DNA from: Bacteroidales bacterium Bact_07
GTDB lineage: Bacteria > Bacteroidota > Bacteroidia > Bacteroidales > Tenuifilaceae
DNA length: 56,979 bases
Direction of reading: 5' to 3'
Assembly: GCA_001603415.1 (NCBI GenBank)
Contig: LUYY01000022.1
Coordinates: forward strand, 1 to 56,979
Notes under the pieces: generated by a model
Database searches by the model: none
What the model saw: the letters and a program-made list of their open reading frames with translations, nothing else
Told to the model about the DNA's origin: nothing
Translations under genes and position numbers: made by a program
Shown here: positions 50,634 through 56,979 of the stretch, piece after piece
Layout of the letters: every line of letters begins with the position of its first letter
Position numbering within the stretch: position 1 is the stretch's first letter

Positions 50634-52061
50634 TTAAAAGTATAAGTCGCGCTCTCCTGCTTTAATCCGATCGATTCGGCGACGAATTTCAAGGGTGTTT
50701 TGATGGCCTTCGAGTTCGGCAAGGGTTTTCTCAATCAGCTTATAGCCCTTCTGCTGAACCTCGGGATTGGCATAGTCAACCAGATATTCGGTAAGGGTTA
50801 GCAAGGCGTTGGGTGTGCAGTATCGCTTAATAAACCCCGGAACCGAAAATTCCATGAAATGCTCACCGGTACGCCCTAAGCGGTAGCAAGCCGTGCAGAA
50901 CGAAGGGATATAGTTGTGGTCAATTAGCTCATCAATTATCTCACCTAATGAACGGTTATCGTTAATCTCAAATTGTTCCTTATTAAGGTCTTGATGCTCA
51001 TTCTTTGAGGCATGATATGAACCCAACTCCAGCTTGGTGCCACCATCAATTTGCGATACACCAAACTGAATAACTTGCCTACGGATATCAGCTGGTTCGC
51101 GGGCAGTAAGTATCATTCCTGTATATGGCACAGCCAAACGTAGAATGGCAACCAGCTTTACAAAATCGTTGTCGGAAACAAAATATTTATCGGTGATGTT
51201 AAGGCCCGATGCCGACTTGATACGGGGAAACGAAATGGTATGAGGTCCAACGTTGTAGCACGCCTCAAGGTGATTGGTATGACGAACCAAGCCTAAAACC
51301 TCGAAACGCCAGTCGTAGAGGCCAAAGAGGGCTCCTATGCCAACATCGTCCAATCCAGCTTCCTGTGCACGATCGAGTGAGGTTAAACGCCACTCAAAAT
51401 CTTTCTTTTTACCCGAAGGGTGATACCAGGTATAGGCCTCAGGATGGTAGGTTTCCTGGAAAATTTGGTAAGTGCCAATTCCTGCCTCTTTCACTTTACG
51501 GAATCCTTCAATATCGAGCGGGGCTGCATTGATATTAACCCTACGGATTTCACCATTTTTCTTCTTTATGCCATACACCAGCCTAACGGTATGGGCAATG
51601 TAATCGGCTGAGTATTCAGGATGCTCGCCGTAAACCAGAATTAAGCGTTTTTGCCCGTTATCCTCAAGAGCCTCAACCTCCTGTACTATCTCCTCATCGG
51701 AAAGTGTCATGCGCAGGGCATTTTTATTCGATGCCCTAAAACCACAATACTGACAATTGTTAGTGCACTTGTTGCCAATGTAAAGCGGAGCAAACAAAAC
51801 AATTCTATTCCCATAGATACGCTCCTTGAGCGTACGAGCGCCCTGCAGTATCTCCTCAACCAGTTCGGGATCGGTGGTGTTTACAAGTATGGCAACCTCT
51901 TCGAGGTTTAGCCTGTGCTTGTCGAGCGACTTGGCAATGATTTCACGAACCCGCTCTTTGGTGGGTTTTGCATTGTTTATGTATTCCCAAATTTCATCGG
52001 CATCGATGAAAGGCTTCATGCGCTCATCGGGAATGCGGTACTTTTCCGGATTAAATTTCAT
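50634..52061 (-). CDS. hydG: [FeFe]-hydrogenase H-cluster radical SAM maturase
   Basis: CTNNCQYC radical SAM motif, GPHTISFPR, C-terminal CTAC-x22-C motif. Confidence 0.95.
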   Translation of the reverse strand: MKFNPEKYRIPDERMKPFIDADEIWEYINNAKPTKERVREIIAKSLDKHRLNLEEVAILVNTTDPELVEEILQGARTLKERIYGNRIVLFAPLYIGNKCTNNCQYCGFRASNKNALRMTLSDEEIVQEVEALEDNGQKRLILVYGEHPEYSADYIAHTVRLVYGIKKKNGEIRRVNINAAPLDIEGFRKVKEAGIGTYQIFQETYHPEAYTWYHPSGKKKDFEWRLTSLDRAQEAGLDDVGIGALFGLYDWRFEVLGLVRHTNHLEACYNVGPHTISFPRIKSASGLNITDKYFVSDNDFVKLVAILRLAVPYTGMILTAREPADIRRQVIQFGVSQIDGGTKLELGSYHASKNEHQDLNKEQFEINDNRSLGEIIDELIDHNYIPSFCTACYRLGRTGEHFMEFSVPGFIKRYCTPNALLTLTEYLVDYANPEVQQKGYKLIEKTLAELEGHQNTLEIRRRIDRIKAGERDLYF

Positions 52062-52140
52062 GGCTCTATATCAGTTTAATAAGATTTATACTACCAAACT
52101 TACCTGAGCCTGATACCGGTAGGAAAGAGTTTAATGTAAA

Positions 52141-52389
52141 CTACACCCCTTTTAGCATGAGGGTTTTAACCTGAACGCCGTTAAGCTTTCCGATTGGGCC
52201 GGTAAGAGCGCCAATTTCATCGGATGTCCCTTCAAGCACAAGCGATATTACATGAATGCCCCGTTGGTGGAGCGGTATGCCCTGACGGGCAATAATAATA
52301 TCGGCATGAGCCGAAAGAATTTGATTCAGCCTTGAAGCGCTCTCGCGGTTCTCAACAAGAATTAGTGCAGCTCCGATTCTCTTTTCCAT
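52141..52389 (-). CDS. TM1266 family iron-only hydrogenase system putative regulator
   Basis: 82 aa, ACT/NikR-C-like (LNQILS..IIARQGIP..ISLVLEG..IGALTG.IGKL.GVQVK); adjacent to hydG. Confidence 0.88.
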   Translation of the reverse strand: MEKRIGAALILVENRESASRLNQILSAHADIIIARQGIPLHQRGIHVISLVLEGTSDEIGALTGPIGKLNGVQVKTLMLKGV

Positions 52390-52559
52390 CAGACTATCTC
52401 CTTTGGATCAGACTCATTTTTCTGAATCCTTGGCGGCAAATGCTTACCTACCTCAGATACAGGATTTGTATTTCAAAAAACCTAAATACTTATACGATTA
52501 TCTACGCAACAAAGATACGCTAAAAAACGATTGGCTGGCAATGATAAATATCATTATTG

Positions 52560-53504
52560 TTAATAAATTAACTCATCAACCTGTTTGGCTGCATTTGTAA
52601 GCTGTTGGAATAACAAACGGCTATCGGAAATGTCAATTTTATCGGCTACCTGCTTATGGAAATAGATGTAGGCATCGGTGCTGTGAAGCACCCCATCAAA
52701 ATTGAGGATGTGGAGTTCCACATTCCTGGTCAATACGGGGTTTAGCTCTGAACTATCACCGTTTGCCCAAATAATTACCATTGCACGGTACGAGGATTTG
52801 TTCCATTCCAGCGATACGGCATAAATGCCCTCAGGGGGAATGAGTTTACCTGCCTCCTCAATTTGAACCGTTAGGGTTGGAAAGCCCGCATCTCCGAATA
52901 AATGAGAACCTTTGCCTAACGCCCCAATAATCATGTAGTAATGATCGAGGTATGCATTTGCCCGCTGGATTTTTCCCTCGAGCAATGCCTTTCGGATAGT
53001 GGTAGAGCTAACCGTCTCCTGCTGAATATCCTGCTCGGGTATCTCCTCAACCATAAATTTTAACTCCGAGCTCAACTGTTTAAGTTCCTCGTAATCGCCT
53101 TCGCGGTTGTGCCCGAAATGATGGTTAAAGCCAACAACAATGTATCGCGCATTAAGCTTGCTAATCAAGTAGTCCCTTATAAACTGAACCGACGAAATTT
53201 TAGAAAACTCCAGGGTGAATTTCACTATGATAAGATGATCGAGACCGGTTTTGCTAAGCAATTCAATTTTCTCGCGTTGCGACAGGATAAACATCAGGTT
53301 TTTCCCTGCGGTTTCAGGGTAAAGCACCTTGCGGGGATGGGGGTAAAAGGTAATAAGAACCGACTCGCCTCCAATGCTCCGGGCAATCTCATTGATCCTA
53401 TTGATAATAACCTTATGGCCTAAATGAACCCCATCGAACGATCCGGTGGTAACCACCGGATTAGTAATTGCACCTACCTCATCGAAACCATAATGAACCC
53501 TCAT
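52560..53504 (-). CDS. RibF-like FAD synthetase / riboflavin kinase with divergent kinase module
   Basis: GSFDGVHLGH, VGFNHHFG, VSSTTIR; kinase motif reads GFPTLT instead of PTAN. Confidence 0.85.
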   Translation of the reverse strand: MRVHYGFDEVGAITNPVVTTGSFDGVHLGHKVIINRINEIARSIGGESVLITFYPHPRKVLYPETAGKNLMFILSQREKIELLSKTGLDHLIIVKFTLEFSKISSVQFIRDYLISKLNARYIVVGFNHHFGHNREGDYEELKQLSSELKFMVEEIPEQDIQQETVSSTTIRKALLEGKIQRANAYLDHYYMIIGALGKGSHLFGDAGFPTLTVQIEEAGKLIPPEGIYAVSLEWNKSSYRAMVIIWANGDSSELNPVLTRNVELHILNFDGVLHSTDAYIYFHKQVADKIDISDSRLLFQQLTNAAKQVDELIY

Positions 53505-53513
53505 TGCTGCCTT

Positions 53514-54149
53514 TTACCGGGCATAGCCCTGTTTAACAAAGTAAGCAACTTTTTCCATAGAGGTAATCATGTCATACTCCTCCAGGTAAACATTCTCGGG
53601 AACCACAAGGGGAATGGTGGTGAAATTAAGAATGCCCTTTATACCTGCTGCTACAAGTTGTTCAGCAACCTGACCTGCGGTGTCGGGTGGCGATGAGATT
53701 ATGGCAATGGAAATATCGTTACGCTTTATAACCTCAGGAAGTTCCTTCATATGGTAACAGTTAACGCCGGAAATAACGCGGTTAACCTTGTTGGGGTCAA
53801 CATCAAATGCGGCTACAATATTTAGCTTTGGGCGTTTACCATTAAAGTAGGTAGTTATAGCACGTCCTAAATTACCCATACCAATAACCGCAACGCTCAA
53901 TCCTATTGGGTGATCAATGATATCGCCAATAACCTTAATAAGTTCCTGAGCATCGTAACCTTTCTTTTTCATGCTGGAGTAACCGATAAGCATCAGGTCG
54001 CGCCTTACCTGAACTGCTATTATATTGTGTAAACCGGCAAGTTCGTGCGAGTAAATGTGAGTTTTACCTTTTGCCAAGCAATTGAGTAGCGTTCTGCGGT
54101 ACTCACTTAGTCGTTCAATGGTTTTTTCCGGTAGATTTGCCTTGTCCAT
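53514..54149 (-). CDS. rex: redox-sensing transcriptional repressor Rex
   Basis: TIERLSEYRR winged helix, QVRRDL, GMGNLGRA Rossmann fold, GIKGILNF. Confidence 0.95.
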   Translation of the reverse strand: MDKANLPEKTIERLSEYRRTLLNCLAKGKTHIYSHELAGLHNIIAVQVRRDLMLIGYSSMKKKGYDAQELIKVIGDIIDHPIGLSVAVIGMGNLGRAITTYFNGKRPKLNIVAAFDVDPNKVNRVISGVNCYHMKELPEVIKRNDISIAIISSPPDTAGQVAEQLVAAGIKGILNFTTIPLVVPENVYLEEYDMITSMEKVAYFVKQGYAR

Positions 54150-54225
54150 AGTCCAATTGTTTCAATTTAACACAAAACTATTTAACTTTTCGCACATTAC
54201 AAACGGCTGTTTTAAATAAAGTAGA

Positions 54226-55374
54226 TTAAATGCCGTCATTTAGCGTATCGGAACCGGGTAAAGGAAATACGATGGTAAAGGTTGATCCCACACCGGGTTC
54301 GCTTTGAACATCAATTTTAGCGCCATATAAATCGGCCACACGCTTAACAATAGAAAGCCCCAAACCGCTACCGGTAACGTTTTTGCTCTGTGGATTTTTG
54401 ATGCGGGTAAACTCCTGAAAGAGCTTAGGGATATCCTCGGGCTCGATGCCAATTCCTGAATCGGAAACTATAAGCTTAACCTCCAATCCTGATTTAGTAA
54501 TACTACAATTAACCCATCCGCCGGGTTTATTGTATTTTACGGCATTGGATATAAGGTTATTCAATAAGATTTCCATGTCATCGGAATCGGCAAGCATGAT
54601 AACGGGATCGGTTGTTTGCAGAGTAAGGGTAACATCGCGCTGAATGGCCAGGGGTGTCATGGTTTCGATAGCCGAACGGGCTACAAGGGTTAAATCGATT
54701 TCACGGAGGGTTCGTTGCCTTTTTCCGGACTCAATATGAGTAAGGTCCAGCAAATCCATAATTAGGCTCCGCATGGATTGGATACGCGCAAGCGAACGGT
54801 CGATGAAATCCATGTAGCTATCTATGTCATTGCCGGCCTGTTTTTCCTGCATCATCTTCAAATAGCCCTCAATTGCATTGAGTGGAGCCTTAAGCTCGTG
54901 CGATAGCACGGTGAGGAACTGAAATCGTACCTGTTTACCCTCGCGATGCAACTTGCGGGTCATGCGTCGCAGGAAGTAATGCTTGGTAATATTCTCAATG
55001 GACGATTTAAGTTCCTGAGGGGTAAATGGTTTGGGGACAAAATCGTAGGCCCCAATGTTTGTAGCACGAACAGCCAACTCCAACGATGCATAAGAGGTAA
55101 TCATCATTACCAAAATATCGGGGTGATTCTCGTTGATGAACTGTAAAACCTCAACCCCTTGAATACCGGGTAACTTGTTATCGAGTAGCACTACGGCAGG
55201 GCTCGAATGTTTAATGATATCAATGGCCTCCTCGCCTGTGGCTGCTTCAATCACATTAAAGCCTATATCGTCCTCAAGGAACGGATAGCTAACCGTGAAA
55301 TTCCGAAGAATACGGGTTACGCCGGAACGAATTCCGGGTTCATCGTCAACAACCAGAATATCTATTACTTCCAT
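54226..55374 (-). CDS. hybrid receiver-histidine kinase
   Basis: REC (LVVDDE, LLDNKLP, KPF), HisKA (SHELKAPL), HATPase (NAVKY, DSGIGI, GSGLGL). Confidence 0.93.
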   Translation of the reverse strand: MEVIDILVVDDEPGIRSGVTRILRNFTVSYPFLEDDIGFNVIEAATGEEAIDIIKHSSPAVVLLDNKLPGIQGVEVLQFINENHPDILVMMITSYASLELAVRATNIGAYDFVPKPFTPQELKSSIENITKHYFLRRMTRKLHREGKQVRFQFLTVLSHELKAPLNAIEGYLKMMQEKQAGNDIDSYMDFIDRSLARIQSMRSLIMDLLDLTHIESGKRQRTLREIDLTLVARSAIETMTPLAIQRDVTLTLQTTDPVIMLADSDDMEILLNNLISNAVKYNKPGGWVNCSITKSGLEVKLIVSDSGIGIEPEDIPKLFQEFTRIKNPQSKNVTGSGLGLSIVKRVADLYGAKIDVQSEPGVGSTFTIVFPLPGSDTLNDGI

Positions 55375-55375
55375 T

Positions 55376-55771
55376 TTATACCTTAAGCAATTTCAGTATT
55401 TCGCGATGCAATTGATCGGGGCGTATCCCTTTTTCCATATATAAATCGGCTTTAATCCACTGGCGTTCCTGTTCGCTTGAAATGCCAAACGACATGCCGG
55501 TCTCGGCCGATACCGCTGTTGCAATAATTACGGGAACGTCGGGATACATCCGTTTTAGCTTGTAGCTAAGAATAAAACCGCTATCCTCGTTCTCCATCAT
55601 TAGGTCAAGTATGGCTAAATCGGGTTTGATATTCTTTAGGATATTCTCAGCCTCACGCTGACTTTCAGCGGTAACCACATCGAAACCCATTTTTTCGACA
55701 TGAAACTTAAGCTGAAACAGGTAGTCGGTATCATCGTCAACTATTAGAATGGTTTTTCGTGAGCTAGCCAT
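55376..55771 (-). CDS. stand-alone response regulator receiver protein
   Basis: ILIVDDD, AILDLMM, TA, K; no output domain. Confidence 0.92.
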   Translation of the reverse strand: MASSRKTILIVDDDTDYLFQLKFHVEKMGFDVVTAESQREAENILKNIKPDLAILDLMMENEDSGFILSYKLKRMYPDVPVIIATAVSAETGMSFGISSEQERQWIKADLYMEKGIRPDQLHREILKLLKV

Positions 55772-55786
55772 GGCTATTGCGTTTAA

Positions 55787-56979
55787 TTAACTATTATCGT
55801 TTCCTAATTCGTTTTCTGCATTACGGGGCAGGGTTATCCTAAAGGTTGTTCCGGTAGGTCCCTTTTGGGGGTCGGTGTTGGACTCAACATCTATTTTGCC
55901 CTTGTGCATCTTTACAATTCCGTAGGTAGTGGCAAGACCTAAACCTGTTCCCTTGCCAATTCCCTTAGTGGTGAAAAATGGGGTGAAAAGCTTATCCATA
56001 TTCTCCTCGGGTATCCCTTCACCAGTATCGATTACGCTGATTGAAATCTGATGGTCATCGCCGTCGATAACAATTGTAAGGTCGCCACCATTAGGCATGG
56101 CTTCAAAGGCATTTTTGTTCAGGTTTGTAAGCACCTGCATCATTTGCTCGTAATCGAGACTCGCCATCAGGTTTGAGGTTCGGCAAACCACATTGGTGGT
56201 AACATTCTTTGGGATAACAACCCCTGCAATGCTATCCTCCGCCAACTTTTTAACATTAACCTTTTCCACCTTAACCTGATTCTTGCGGGCAAAGTTTAGC
56301 AAACCGCTAACAATTTTCTTGCACCGTTCCGCCTGCGACGATATCAACTCTAAGTCCTTACGAAGGGGATCGTCCGGTTTACACTCATCGAGCAGGATAT
56401 TGCTATACATCAAAACAACACCTAAAGGATTGTTAAGCTCGTGAGCAATACCGGCCGAAAGCTGCCCCATATGGGCAAGTTTTTCGGAATGCTTGAGAGC
56501 CTGCTGCATTTTTGCCAGTTTCTCATTGGAAATGGCTAGATCGTTGATTGATTCATGAAGTTCCTCAATAGCGTAAGGTAAACACATTTCAACCTCGGCA
56601 AGGCCTTCAACAATGGCTATAGCGTGCTCGGTGCAAGTATCGTAACCACATGCGCCACAGTTCAGGTGATCGCGAGGGGTAAACTTACCCATCTTGGCCA
56701 ACACTTTGTTTATCTCATCATCGGTAGGCTTAGCTATTCGTTTATCATCGGGATTAAAGCTACGTGTAAGGTCAAGGTCTTTAAATTTTGATATGGCAAG
56801 TTCCCACTCTTTTAGCTGCTCAGGGGTTACCTTATTACGGGCATAGGAACTGATATAGGTTTTGCGCTCAAAACGTTTGCCTCCGGGCGACATGCCGGGC
56901 CCCATTATGCAACCCTCACAGCAAAGTAGCTCAAGGTTTTGTCCCTTCAGGTTACCCGATTCCCATTCCTTTATGGCTT
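55787..56979 (-). CDS. sensory [FeFe]-hydrogenase-like (group C/HydS type) Fe-S protein fused to a histidine kinase; 5' end beyond the window
   Basis: frame is open to the window edge ([29 protein letters not shown]3-like H-cluster motif), Fe-S motif CGACGYDTC-x16-C, His[10 protein letters not shown], HATPase GTGLGL. Confidence 0.85.
   Translation of the reverse strand, partial: AIKEWESGNLKGQNLELLCCEGCIMGPGMSPGGKRFERKTYISSYARNKVTPEQLKEWELAISKFKDLDLTRSFNPDDKRIAKPTDDEINKVLAKMGKFTPRDHLNCGACGYDTCTEHAIAIVEGLAEVEMCLPYAIEELHESINDLAISNEKLAKMQQALKHSEKLAHMGQLSAGIAHELNNPLGVVLMYSNILLDECKPDDPLRKDLELISSQAERCKKIVSGLLNFARKNQVKVEKVNVKKLAEDSIAGVVIPKNVTTNVVCRTSNLMASLDYEQMMQVLTNLNKNAFEAMPNGGDLTIVIDGDDHQISISVIDTGEGIPEENMDKLFTPFFTTKGIGKGTGLGLATTYGIVKMHKGKIDVESNTDPQKGPTGTTFRITLPRNAENELGNDNS

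Noticed and set aside
52103-52123. Short palindrome around TACCGGTA between the TM1266 gene and hydG
   Set aside because: Too short and single-copy here to call a REP element.
54155-54180. TTGTGTTAAAT shared upstream of rex and of the acyl-CoA ligase (about 43246) as a Rex operator
   Set aside because: Both overlap TAnnTTTG -7 promoter boxes and fit the 18-bp TTGTGAA-N4-TTCACAA palindrome poorly; not supportable without more sites.

Overview
Chromosomal segment of an anaerobic Bacteroidota bacterium. Evidence: Bacteroidales-type gene order (acpP-fabF-rnc, zapA-6S-rny), TAnnTTTG promoter boxes and [FeFe]-hydrogenase maturation genes; the family is not determinable with certainty. Most of the window is housekeeping: ligA, relA/spoT, rnc, fabF, acpP, purN, dusB, polA, queD, nfo, rpiB, rny, zapA, anmK, mtgA. 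It also holds one intact IS5-family element, a UDP-GlcNAc3NAcA (wbpABDE-like) plus ugd sugar cluster, a 6S RNA, two PP2C/SpoIIE phosphatases, and at the right edge an H2/redox-sensing cluster (sensory hydrogenase-His kinase, two receiver proteins, rex, TM1266-type regulator, hydG). The standout feature is a heptamer-repeat system. A low-GC four-helix-bundle gene (23S rRNA IVS protein/TIGR02436 type, 26856-27242) is enclosed by two heptamer arrays in inverted orientation. Each array is interrupted at the same position by a related GC-rich palindrome. The two arrays are complementary on the transcribed strand, and their variable positions fall where G-U wobble would preserve pairing. This suggests a long RNA stem that loops out the gene, like an intervening sequence but within an mRNA operon. 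Five further intergenic heptamer arrays share the same strand polarity, and one of them (rny/degT) has both arms without cargo, resembling an empty site.
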